Below, in pieces: positions 50,672 through 61,078 of a stretch of DNA of 64,000 nt. Location: contig OZ250173.1 in NCBI GenBank assembly GCA_965238075.1, forward strand, positions 3,104,001-3,168,000. The letters are read 5' to 3'. The translations under genes were made by a program, and so were the position numbers. This stretch comes from Candidatus Entotheonellaceae bacterium. Lineage in GTDB: Bacteria; Tectomicrobia; Entotheonellia; Entotheonellales; Entotheonellaceae. Within the stretch, counting starts at the first letter, position 1. Every line of letters starts with the position of its first letter. The notes under the pieces are model-generated. The model was not told the origin of the DNA and ran no database searches. It worked only from the letters and a program-made list of their open reading frames with translations.

Positions 50672-50742
50672 AGCTGCCCCGCCAATTCACGCCTGTGACG
50701 ACGCCTTGGCAAACCGATGTGAGGGAGGATCAAAAGGAAGGA

Positions 50743-50816
50743 TGGCGGTGCAGGGACTTGAACCCCGGACACTGCGGATATGAGCCGCATGCTCTGACCA
50801 GCTGAGCTACACCGCC
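50743..50816 (-). tRNA. tRNA with CAU anticodon; most likely elongator tRNA-Met, Ile2 not excluded
   Basis: GGCGGTG/CACCGCC acceptor stem (G1-C72, so not initiator), anticodon arm TGCGG-CTCATAT-CCGCA. Confidence 0.9.
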
Positions 50817-50875
50817 GAGAAAAGGCTAATGAATCCTAAAGTCAGAAGAGGGTGAAGGATGGGAAAAGCGGCGAA

Positions 50876-50904
50876 ACTATAGTCCACTGTCCCTACAACG
50901 TCAA
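50876..50904 (-). promoter_or_regulatory. Sigma70 promoter for tRNA(CAU)-tilS
   Basis: TTGACG-17 nt-TATAGT. Confidence 0.65.
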
Positions 50905-51020
50905 CTCGTTGATCTCTTTGGTTTCTGAAAGCCCACAGGTCATCCGACATGGCAGTTTTGTTGAGAGATTAGATAAACTATTGCCATTTTAGAAGAATAG
51001 AATGATAAGGATTTTATGAT

Positions 51021-51042
51021 TGATATTTCGTTTGAAATATCA
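51021..51042. terminator. AT-rich inverted repeat after the mutase gene (terminator or operator)
   Basis: TGATATTTC-GTTT-GAAATATCA. Confidence 0.3.
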
Positions 51043-51074
51043 TAAACACAGTGGAAATCAGCCTGTCGATATTG

Positions 51075-52751
<1,677 letters not shown>

Positions 52752-52778
52752 GGTAGATTCCCTTCCGTTGCCCTCCAA

Positions 52779-52955
52779 CTATACGCTGCCCTTTTTGGAG
52801 GCATCGTTAGCGGCGATAGCGTTGTCCAACTGGGCCCGCAGGGCTTCGATATCCTGTTTCAGCGCACGGTTAGCCTGCGACAGGTAGACGACGTAAGCCC
52901 ACAGGGCGGTCCAGATGATCGTATACGCGGAAAACAGATACCAGAAATTCTTCAC
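52779..52955 (-). CDS. ccmD: CcmD-family haem exporter small subunit (58 aa)
   Basis: Manual translation VKNFWYLFSAYTIIWTALWAYVVYLSQANRALKQDIEALRAQLDNAIAANDASKKGSV*; one TM plus a charged tail, directly after ccmC; below the ORF-track size cutoff. Confidence 0.82.
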   Translation of the reverse strand: MKNFWYLFSAYTIIWTALWAYVVYLSQANRALKQDIEALRAQLDNAIAANDASKKGSV

Positions 52956-52970
52956 GCTGTCTGCCCTTCC

Positions 52971-53690
52971 CTATCCAAACAACGCCTCGTCGACCTTGTG
53001 CCGCAGGACTTCAAGTTCGTGTCGTCTGCGCGCGACCGCCATACGTTGGCGCAGCAGAAAGACAAACAGGAGCAGAAAGGCCGCCAAGGATACCAAAAAG
53101 GTCAGCATCATGGCAGGCGGCAGCCCCGTTGTTCCATCCGATTGAACAACCACCGGCTCGGGGTGGAGATTGCGCCACTTTTCGATGCTCCAGCGAATCA
53201 GCGGCACGTCGATGAAGCCGACAATGCCCAGGACCGCCGCAAACCGGGCTCGCCTCGGATCCGTCGCATCCGCCCGCAGCATGAGATAAGCCACGTAAAT
53301 CAGCCACAGCACCAGGGTCAGTGTGAGGGTCGGATCCCAGGTCCACCAGACGCCCCAAATCGGCCGTCCCCAAATCGGGCCCGTTATGAGCACAAGGGTG
53401 CAGAAAAGCACGCCGAGCTCGGCAGCGCTCATGGCCGTCTGATCCCACCAGTCGGCGTGTTTCCACAAGTAAAGGATGCTGGCGACAAATACTACGAAGA
53501 AAGCCACGAACATGGTCATCGCCGAAGACACGTGAAAATAGAAGATGCGCTGCACGATACCCTGCGCCTTTTCCGTAGGAGCATAGACAAAGATGCACCA
53601 GAGCGCGGCCACCATCACCACGTAGGTCAGCGTCGCGTACCAGCCCGGCCAAAGGCTGACTGGGCGCCCATTCTTTTCTCCACCGGCCAC
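52971..53690 (-). CDS. ccmC: Haem chaperone/exporter CcmC
   Basis: QRIFYFHV, TGPIWGRPIWGVWWTWDP (WWD domain), WRNLHP. Confidence 0.95.
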   Translation of the reverse strand: MAGGEKNGRPVSLWPGWYATLTYVVMVAALWCIFVYAPTEKAQGIVQRIFYFHVSSAMTMFVAFFVVFVASILYLWKHADWWDQTAMSAAELGVLFCTLVLITGPIWGRPIWGVWWTWDPTLTLTLVLWLIYVAYLMLRADATDPRRARFAAVLGIVGFIDVPLIRWSIEKWRNLHPEPVVVQSDGTTGLPPAMMLTFLVSLAAFLLLFVFLLRQRMAVARRRHELEVLRHKVDEALFG

Positions 53691-53694
53691 CGTG

Positions 53695-54363
53695 TTACTC
53701 CTCCACGACGTAATCAAAAATCAACACCGCCAGCACCAGGAAAACAACGTCAAAGACGGTTATCAGGATAACGTAGTCCCGGATGTCCGCCAATGTCTTG
53801 CCGTCAATGAGGTCTCCGGTGGCATACACGGCGGCGATCAGCAACGGCACCGACACCGGAAGAAACAGCAGCGGCAGCATGACCTCCCGCATTCGGATGT
53901 TCAACACAATGAGGGAAAACAATGTCCCCAGAACGCTCAGTCCCACGATTCCCAACGCCAGGATGACACCGAGTGCGGGCAGGCTGGCCGTCAGGTCGAC
54001 GCGGAACCAGAGCGCGAAGAGGGGCAAGATGCAACCGGATACGACGAGCAGATAGATCATGTTGGCCAATGCCTTCGCCAGGAACAGCGCCGAGCGGTCC
54101 TGAACCGCTAACAGCACGCCCTGCAGGCAATCCTCCTCGCCTTCCATTTGCACGGCTCGTTGCAACCCTATCACGGTGGCGAACAGGAGCGCGACCCACA
54201 ACACGCCGGCGGCCACCTCGCGGATCAGAGCCGGATTGGAGCCAATGGTGAACTGGAATACTACAACGACCAACACCGTGAAAACGAACATGGACGTAAA
54301 GACTTCGCGCGCCCGCCACTCGGTCTTCAAGTCCTTGGCCAGAATGGCGCCCGCTTGCCGCAT
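53695..54363 (-). CDS. ccmB: Haem ABC exporter permease CcmB
   Basis: KDLKTEWR, GVLWV, LFLAK, REVMLPLLFLPVSVPLLI. Confidence 0.93.
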   Translation of the reverse strand: MRQAGAILAKDLKTEWRAREVFTSMFVFTVLVVVVFQFTIGSNPALIREVAAGVLWVALLFATVIGLQRAVQMEGEEDCLQGVLLAVQDRSALFLAKALANMIYLLVVSGCILPLFALWFRVDLTASLPALGVILALGIVGLSVLGTLFSLIVLNIRMREVMLPLLFLPVSVPLLIAAVYATGDLIDGKTLADIRDYVILITVFDVVFLVLAVLIFDYVVEE

Positions 54364-54373
54364 GAAGACACCC

Positions 54374-55069
54374 TTAACCGACATGATGACTGTACAGTTG
54401 TGAAAAAGAGTGCAGGGTGTCCTGTGACGTCGAAACGTGGTGCACGATTTTGCCGCGGCGTTGAATGGCAATTTCGTCGCACAATTCAAACCCGCGGGGC
54501 AAATCGTGTGTGCTGATAATGATGGTGCGCCCGTCTGTGCACAGTTGCCGCAGGAGGTTCTGCAACCGCGCTGCGGCTTGTTGATCGAGGGCGTTGTACG
54601 GTTCATCGAGAAGGAGCAGCTTAGGGCGGTGCAGAATGACCCGCGCAATGGCCAAACGCTGTTGCATGCCACGGGAGTACGTCCGAACCAACTGGCGCGT
54701 GAGCGCCTCCAGCCCGACTATTTCCAGCACTTCCCGGATGCGCTCGGTGAGGTGCGCGACGCCTAACATACGCCCATAAAAATGAAGATTCTCGAACGCC
54801 GTAAGGTGGCCATAAAGAAAGGTGCGGTGGCCCAAGACGCCCAAGAGCGGGCGAATGCGTTCCGCAGCGCGTGACGCATCGTGGCCTGCAATGGTCACCG
54901 TGCCGCTGGAGGGCAGTGTCAGGGTGGAAAGGATTTTCAGCAAGGTGGTCTTGCCGGCCCCATTCGGACCGACCAAGCCCAGGCACTTGCCGGACTCGAG
55001 TTGCAAATCGACGCCCTGCAGAGCGAGAGAGGCGCCGAAGTGTTTGGTGACGCGGTCCAGATGGACCAT
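54374..55069 (-). CDS. ccmA: Haem ABC exporter ATPase CcmA
   Basis: [33 protein letters not shown]; lies in the ccm cluster. Confidence 0.9.
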   Translation of the reverse strand: MVHLDRVTKHFGASLALQGVDLQLESGKCLGLVGPNGAGKTTLLKILSTLTLPSSGTVTIAGHDASRAAERIRPLLGVLGHRTFLYGHLTAFENLHFYGRMLGVAHLTERIREVLEIVGLEALTRQLVRTYSRGMQQRLAIARVILHRPKLLLLDEPYNALDQQAAARLQNLLRQLCTDGRTIIISTHDLPRGFELCDEIAIQRRGKIVHHVSTSQDTLHSFSQLYSHHVG

Positions 55070-55103
55070 CAATGGCCGACCTTCCGGTGGGTCTTGGACG
55101 CGG

Positions 55104-56333
55104 CTAGACACGTTGGTTCTGATGCTCCCCAATCTGCTGGAGTTGCCGCAAGAGACTGCAAAGCTGCGTTTTGTAATCGCGGCGGCGGGGATGATAATCC
55201 ATGTCGTCAATCGCGCCGGCTTCCCATCGCCTGTCAATCTGCGAGATGCGTTGCAGCAACAGTTGCTCGGCCGCGCGCAAGTCGTGTATCTGTTGCGGTG
55301 TTGCCTGCAACTGCGGCGCGGCAATTGGCTTGGCACGCCGCCGTCGTGCGTAGGGCGCCGCCATGCCTGTCAATGAAAGAACCACGACGAGACCGTAAAC
55401 CCCCACGCGCAGGGCTGGCAACGCTGTCGCTCGTTGCGCCAGTTGCAACCAGGAGCGCGACCGCTCCGGCAAATCAACGCCGCGGAAATGAGTGAATACG
55501 TGGGGCTCAACGGACACGCGGCCGGCGAACGACAAATCACTGGTTGCCGCGAGGGACTCTTCCTCGACAAGAACGTCGAGCACGTCCGTTGGCAGGGTGC
55601 GCCGGGGCAGGATGATCATCACCCTGCCCTGCAAAGGAAGCGCATAGGTAAACATCACATTGTGTTCGCCAGGTTTCAATGGGGCCGTGTAAATCAGTCC
55701 GGTAGCGTGTTGCCGGACCAGGGACAGGTCCAGCCCCTCAATCCCTTGCAGTTCGTAGTAGCCTTTAGGCAGGGAAAGATGGAACGAGCCGTGGGGACTG
55801 CCCGAGTCGGCGTCTGCAGAACCGGCGAACGCTGTCGTGCCGCGGTTGACGATTTTCACGATCTCGCGCACTTCGAGCCGTTCATTGCGCTTGACGATCA
55901 CTATCAGGTGACTGATGACCTGCAACGTTGGCGCAACGGGCTTCGCCGGCAAGGCTTGCGCGGACCGGTCGTCCAGGTTCAGGACAAGATCCGCCCGGTG
56001 CGGCGTATCTTGGAGGGAAATTGGCTCGCTTCGGTGTAATTGGTCTTGGTAACGAATACCGACGAAGTACGTGAAGCCCCCGCCGGTTGACAGATTCTCG
56101 AACAGAAACTCCCCCTGAGCGTTGGTCTCGCCTGGCGTGCGCTGTACGTCGTTGTCGGGTCCAAACCGGATGAGCATGATGCGGTGCGCACCCACCACTT
56201 CCCCGCCGGACCGAATGACACCGCCAATACTGCCCTCCTCCGCCCTGACCGAGGTTGACAAGGCGCTGAGCAGGAGCAGGCCGCACACGAGAGCGGCGCA
56301 GCTCCTAAATTGTGAGATGTTGTTGTGCGGCAT
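55104..56333 (-). CDS. Exported beta-rich protein with C-terminal TM and helical tail (ccm accessory)
   Basis: Signal peptide, TNAQGEFLFENL (carboxypeptidase-regulatory-like pattern), C-terminal TM, then LLQRISQID...GAIDDMDY. Confidence 0.75.
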   Translation of the reverse strand: MPHNNISQFRSCAALVCGLLLLSALSTSVRAEEGSIGGVIRSGGEVVGAHRIMLIRFGPDNDVQRTPGETNAQGEFLFENLSTGGGFTYFVGIRYQDQLHRSEPISLQDTPHRADLVLNLDDRSAQALPAKPVAPTLQVISHLIVIVKRNERLEVREIVKIVNRGTTAFAGSADADSGSPHGSFHLSLPKGYYELQGIEGLDLSLVRQHATGLIYTAPLKPGEHNVMFTYALPLQGRVMIILPRRTLPTDVLDVLVEEESLAATSDLSFAGRVSVEPHVFTHFRGVDLPERSRSWLQLAQRATALPALRVGVYGLVVVLSLTGMAAPYARRRRAKPIAAPQLQATPQQIHDLRAAEQLLLQRISQIDRRWEAGAIDDMDYHPRRRDYKTQLCSLLRQLQQIGEHQNQRV

Positions 56334-56396
56334 TGGAAGGCACCGGGAAAGTGTAGGCGGGGTCGAGCAGCAGAAGCAGAAGCGCGCCGTCACGTC

Positions 56397-56843
56397 TTAC
56401 AGGGCTGGCTTCAGTAGCTGACCACAGATGGGACAATAGGTTGCGTCGGCTGCCAAGCCGGTTCCGCAAGTCGGGCACGTGTCCTCGGAAGCGGCGTCTT
56501 CCTTTTGGCGATAGGCCAGAATTTCTCGCTCCGCGACGAGATCCAGGTCAGCCAGCGGATCAGCCAAGTCCAATTGCCGCAGGATGTCTGCGGCCTCTGC
56601 CTCCATCTGGCGGCGTAGCGCGGCATGGTCCTCGGCGTCCACCTTGCCGGTCTGATGATCAAAATCCAGATCTCGAATGGCTGTGTACAGCGTTTCCTTT
56701 TGCAGCGTCAGGCGCTCAATGGCATCGCCCTGCGCATCCGCCTCAGCTTCCTGCATGCGACCTCGGCGGACAAGAGGCTCTCCGATCCATGCGACAAGCC
56801 CAATGGCCATGACGACGATGACGACGAGGTCGGCCGTGTTCAC
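56397..56843 (-). CDS. CcmI N-terminal-like membrane protein with a zinc ribbon
   Basis: N-terminal TM, LYTAIRDLDFDHQTGKVDAEDH, C-terminal CPTCG...CPICG. Confidence 0.8.
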   Translation of the reverse strand: MNTADLVVIVVMAIGLVAWIGEPLVRRGRMQEAEADAQGDAIERLTLQKETLYTAIRDLDFDHQTGKVDAEDHAALRRQMEAEAADILRQLDLADPLADLDLVAEREILAYRQKEDAASEDTCPTCGTGLAADATYCPICGQLLKPAL

Positions 56844-56849
56844 AACACC

Positions 56850-58844
56850 TCACCCCTGCTCTGCGGCTGTCCCGGCCGTTGGCGTTCCACGCGCGCCAAT
56901 CCTGGCGGGTTGCCGGCGCTCGGGCCAGATGGCAATGAGTGTGCCAACGATCATCACAAGGCCGCCCAGCCACAGCCATATCACCAATGGGTTGACAAAT
57001 ACCTTGAAGGTGGCGGTGCCCGAGGGCTCAAAACCCGCCAGGATGATGTAGAGATCTTCGAGCAGCGACGTCCGCAGGGCGACTTCCGTTGTCGGCTGGT
57101 TCTGGGCGAAATAGAAACGCCTTTCCGGGAACAACGTGGTCACATGCCGTCCGTTCCGGCTCACCTCCACCTTGGCCCGTATCGATTCATGGGTTGGCTG
57201 CAGGTCGCTCTCGAGCGTTTCGTATCGCAGTGTAAAGTCCCCTACCGTGGCCTGTTCCTTGGGGTCCAGAACGATGTCGCGTTCGATCTTGTAGGCCGAG
57301 GAGCCGGTGATCCCCACGAAGATCAGAACCACGCCAAAGTGAATGATGTAACCTCCGTAACGGCGCCGATTTCGGGTCATCAGGGAGAAAAACGCCTGCC
57401 AGGCGGTCCCCCCCGTCGACGCGCGGCGGGCCCGCGTGCCGCGATAAAATTCCAGCACAATCGTCGAGAAGGTAAATAGACAGATGGACAGGGAAATCAA
57501 GGCAACCACGTGTCGGATGCCGCTGCCGTAGAGAACGGCCACGCCCAGGAGGGATACGACGAGCGGGTTGAGGAAGTTGCGCTGGAAGTTGCGAACGCTG
57601 CCCTTGCGCCACGCAATCAGCGGGCACACGCCCGAAAGCAGAAGCAGGGCGAGGCCCAAAGGCACGTTGACCTGATTGAAGAATGGCGCTGCAACGCTGA
57701 TCTTAACGCCCCGGACCGCCTCCGAGATGATTGGGAACATGGTGCCCCAAAGCACCGAGAACATGATGCCGACGAAGAACAAGTTGTTGAATAAAAAGCT
57801 GCTTTCGCGCGACAGAACAGACTCCAGACGATGGTCGCTGCGCAACTGAGGCAGTCGCCACACCAGCAGGGCCACGGCAACCGTCAGCGCAATCGCCAAG
57901 TAGATCAGGAAATACACGCCCAGGGACGATTCGGCAAACGCATGGACAGAGGAAATGATGCCGCTGCGCGTCAGAAACGTGCCAAAAATCGATAACCCGT
58001 AGGTCAGAATGACAAGGGACATGTTCCATACTTTCAGCATGCCCTTTTTTTCCTGGATCATCACCGAATGAAGGAACGCAGTTGCGGTGAGCCACGGCAG
58101 CAGCGAGGCGTTCTCGACCGGGTCCCACGCCCAATAGCCGCCCCACCCCAATTCCACGTAGGCCCACTTCCCGCCCAGCAAAATGCCGACGGTCAGAAAC
58201 AGCCAGGGGATGAGCGTCCAGCGCCGGATGCTGCGTATCCATTGGCTGTCCAGACGCCCGCTTGCCAAAGCGCCGATGGCAAAGCTGAACGGCACGGCAA
58301 ACCCTACAAAGCCCAAATAGAGGTTGGGCGGATGGATCACCATCAGGGGGGTTTGTAGCAGTGGGTTCAGCCCTTGGCCGTCGAGGGGTGCCTGGGCCAA
58401 TTCGTGGAAGGGATTTTCGGCGAAGATGAGAATGGCCAGAAATAGAATCGACGTGGCCATGAGGGTGGGAACCACGTAAGGCATCAGTTTCCGGTTGCGG
58501 TGCAGGTTCTGCGCCACGGCGATGGCGCTGTACAGGGTCAGAACCCACAACCACAGCAGCATGGAGCCCTCTTGCCCACCCCACAAGGAGGCAATGAGGT
58601 AAAAGATAGGCATGGAAAGGTTGGAAACACTGGCGACGTACTGAACGCGGAAGTCGTGGGTCAGTATGGCAAAAAGAAGCGCGATCATCGCGACGGAAAC
58701 CAGGGCGAAAACACCCAACGCTGCCCGCTCAGCGCTGCGAATCATTTCCTGGCGCCCGGTGCGAACCCCGATCAAGGCCGTGGCAATCGCGTAGAGGGCT
58801 GCTACAAGAGCAAATTGCAAGGCCGCGCCGCCGACATCGTTCAT
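56850..58844 (-). CDS. ccmF: Cytochrome c haem lyase CcmF
   Basis: WGGQEGS, GLNPLLQ, HPPNLYLG, WAYVELGWGGYWAWDPVENAS, TRSGIISSVHAF. Confidence 0.98.
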   Translation of the reverse strand: MNDVGGAALQFALVAALYAIATALIGVRTGRQEMIRSAERAALGVFALVSVAMIALLFAILTHDFRVQYVASVSNLSMPIFYLIASLWGGQEGSMLLWLWVLTLYSAIAVAQNLHRNRKLMPYVVPTLMATSILFLAILIFAENPFHELAQAPLDGQGLNPLLQTPLMVIHPPNLYLGFVGFAVPFSFAIGALASGRLDSQWIRSIRRWTLIPWLFLTVGILLGGKWAYVELGWGGYWAWDPVENASLLPWLTATAFLHSVMIQEKKGMLKVWNMSLVILTYGLSIFGTFLTRSGIISSVHAFAESSLGVYFLIYLAIALTVAVALLVWRLPQLRSDHRLESVLSRESSFLFNNLFFVGIMFSVLWGTMFPIISEAVRGVKISVAAPFFNQVNVPLGLALLLLSGVCPLIAWRKGSVRNFQRNFLNPLVVSLLGVAVLYGSGIRHVVALISLSICLFTFSTIVLEFYRGTRARRASTGGTAWQAFFSLMTRNRRRYGGYIIHFGVVLIFVGITGSSAYKIERDIVLDPKEQATVGDFTLRYETLESDLQPTHESIRAKVEVSRNGRHVTTLFPERRFYFAQNQPTTEVALRTSLLEDLYIILAGFEPSGTATFKVFVNPLVIWLWLGGLVMIVGTLIAIWPERRQPARIGARGTPTAGTAAEQG

Positions 58845-58882
58845 TACCGGTCCTCATGCTTCAACGACAGGTTTCTGTCGCA

Positions 58883-59284
58883 TCATGACGTGGGCTTTTC
58901 TTCCTCATACTTGGATGGGCAACTGGTCATCAGATGTGAAGCAACCAAGATGCCGTCCTGACCGATCTGCCCTTCCACAATAACGTCCGCGCCTGTCTGA
59001 AACATGTCCGGTTTGACGCCCTTGTACGACACGGGCACGCTTGCCTCTCCTTCTCCCATCGTGAAGGTGAGCTGCAAATTGCGCACGTCCCAGTGAATCG
59101 GGTCTGCCGTTACCTTTCCCGATACCCTGATGGCTTCACCCTGCATGGCGGCGACCTGTTGGTGCAGTTCGGGCACCGTCATGTAATACATCGTGCTTCC
59201 GGTCGCACCGGAAAACATCAGATAGACTATCGACGCCACGACAATGGCTACCCCGATTGACAGTTTGACGTGTTGTTTCGACAT
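58883..59284 (-). CDS. ccmE: Haem chaperone CcmE, CxxxY variant
   Basis: N-terminal TM, OB fold (PDMF, VIVEG), TSCPSKY in place of the HDENY motif. Confidence 0.93.
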   Translation of the reverse strand: MSKQHVKLSIGVAIVVASIVYLMFSGATGSTMYYMTVPELHQQVAAMQGEAIRVSGKVTADPIHWDVRNLQLTFTMGEGEASVPVSYKGVKPDMFQTGADVIVEGQIGQDGILVASHLMTSCPSKYEEEKPTS

Positions 59285-59302
59285 CCTCCGCACCCTTCCC
59301 TT

Positions 59303-59608
59303 TTATTTCAAAGTTGTCTTGATCTTGCCGGATTCGTCTACACGCCCAACATGCTCTTCTTCAAGCTTGCGCATTTCCTCGATAATCGTGCGGTAAATGC
59401 GCTCAATGGCGTCTCCGTGCAGTGGCCCGGGATTGTCCGTCTGCAGGCGTTTGACAACGCTGCTTTCACGCTCCGGCACATGGATGGGGAGACCATGCTT
59501 GCGCTTGTAATCGCCGATGTCCAGAACCGCTCGGGCGCGCTCCGAAAGCAACGCGAGAGCCTGACCGTCGATGGCATCGAGACGCAAGCGCAATTGGTCA
59601 AGATCCAT
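59303..59608 (-). CDS. Stand-alone chorismate mutase (AroQ type)
   Basis: LDQLRLRLDAIDGQALALLSER, IGDYK, PERE, GPL, IERIYRTII. Confidence 0.88.
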   Translation of the reverse strand: MDLDQLRLRLDAIDGQALALLSERARAVLDIGDYKRKHGLPIHVPERESSVVKRLQTDNPGPLHGDAIERIYRTIIEEMRKLEEEHVGRVDESGKIKTTLK

Positions 59609-59823
59609 AAGTGCCGCCCCTCTTCACACCGCTTTACAGGTTGCTTGCGGGACGCAAGTATAGTCCAGATGGTTCTGACAGCACAACCACGACGCGGCGC
59701 CTTGTGACTCGGAAAGGCGTTGTGCTACCATCATGCTCGTCTGGTCGGAAGACCCTCTACACGACCCTCGGCAAAGCAATGGCAACGTCATCGCAGTCTT
59801 CGTTTTCTCTATGAGCCTCACAC

Positions 59824-60201
59824 ATGTTCAACGGTTTTCTGAAGGTTGTCGGTTTGGCAACTGTGCTGGCTTGGCTCCTTCTGGCGCCGCTGCTGTACGT
59901 TTTCACCACCCCGGATGTCCTGTGGTGGGCCGCAGCAGGATGCCTTCCCGCCGTTCTGTTCTTCATTTATGAGTTTTACACGCTTAGCAAAGCCGACCAC
60001 CAAGACCTGATTTTGTTCATGCAGGCGTTCTTGGGCGGTATGATTGTAAGGCTGCTCGTCGTTGGCGTGATTATTTTCTTGCTGATCAAGTTCACGAATG
60101 TCCATCTAACAAGCTTCGTATTTTCTCTTTTTGGTTTCTACATGCTCTACCTGGTCATTGAGTTGTACTTCGTTGTCAGGGGATCAAGAAAACACGCTTG
60201 A
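59824..60201 (+). CDS. atpI: ATP synthase protein I-like (4 TM)
   Basis: Hydrophobic 125-aa protein with FLGGMIVRLL directly upstream of atpB. Confidence 0.7.
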   Translation: MFNGFLKVVGLATVLAWLLLAPLLYVFTTPDVLWWAAAGCLPAVLFFIYEFYTLSKADHQDLILFMQAFLGGMIVRLLVVGVIIFLLIKFTNVHLTSFVFSLFGFYMLYLVIELYFVVRGSRKHA

Positions 60202-60213
60202 GGAGACGTGACG

Positions 60214-61041
60214 ATGGGAATTGCTTACGCTGCCACCGAAGGCGGCGGCCACGGCGAGGAGCACAGCATCGGCGAAACGATCCTGCACCACGTGCAGGAC
60301 TCGCACGAACTCGATCTGTGGCCTTTGGGGCACTTGCCATTGCCGGAAATACATCTCTTTGGAATCGATTTTTCAATTACCAAACATCTTGTCATGATGT
60401 GGATTGCTTCGGTCTTGCTGGTTGCCGTATTTCGGCTCGCTTTCCGCCGTCAGGCCGCGGTGCCCAGTGGTATCGCCAACATGCTAGAGGCTCTCGTTGT
60501 TTACCTGCGGGATGAGGTCATCTTGCCGAATACAGGCGAGGCCGGTCGGCGTTACCTGCCTTTCCTGCTGACAACGTTCTTCTTCATTCTGTTCTGCAAT
60601 CTCTTAGGGCTCATTCCCTACGGCGCCACGGCCACTGGCAACATCACCGTCACCGCGGCCCTGGCGCTCATCGCGCTGACCATGATTCAATTGAGCGGCA
60701 TTAAAGAGCACGGCCTTAAGCACCACCTGCAGAACTTGGTGCCGCACGGCCTGCCCGTGTGGCTCCTGCCCATCATGCTCCCGGTCGAGATTCTCGGCCA
60801 GTTCACCAAGCCCTTTGCCCTGTGCGTTCGTCTCTATGCCAATATGACGGCGGGGCACATCGTCATCCTCTCCTTTATCAGCTTGATCTTCATTTTCGAA
60901 AGCTTCCTGATCTCTCCCGTCGCCGTCGGCTTTGCCCTGTTCATCAACCTGCTGGAAATATTCATTGCCTTCCTGCAGGCCTATATATTCACCCTGCTTA
61001 CGTCCCTTTTCATGGGCATGTCCATCCATCCCCAGCATTAG
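60214..61041 (+). CDS. atpB: F-type ATP synthase Fo subunit a
   Basis: ILHHVQDSH, SITKH, FILFCNLLGLIP, TATGNI, KPFALCVRLYANMTAGH, LQAYIFTLL. Confidence 0.97.
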   Translation: MGIAYAATEGGGHGEEHSIGETILHHVQDSHELDLWPLGHLPLPEIHLFGIDFSITKHLVMMWIASVLLVAVFRLAFRRQAAVPSGIANMLEALVVYLRDEVILPNTGEAGRRYLPFLLTTFFFILFCNLLGLIPYGATATGNITVTAALALIALTMIQLSGIKEHGLKHHLQNLVPHGLPVWLLPIMLPVEILGQFTKPFALCVRLYANMTAGHIVILSFISLIFIFESFLISPVAVGFALFINLLEIFIAFLQAYIFTLLTSLFMGMSIHPQH

Positions 61042-61078
61042 AGGGCTTGCCGCACTCGCAAGCAGCGCACCGCGTTTC

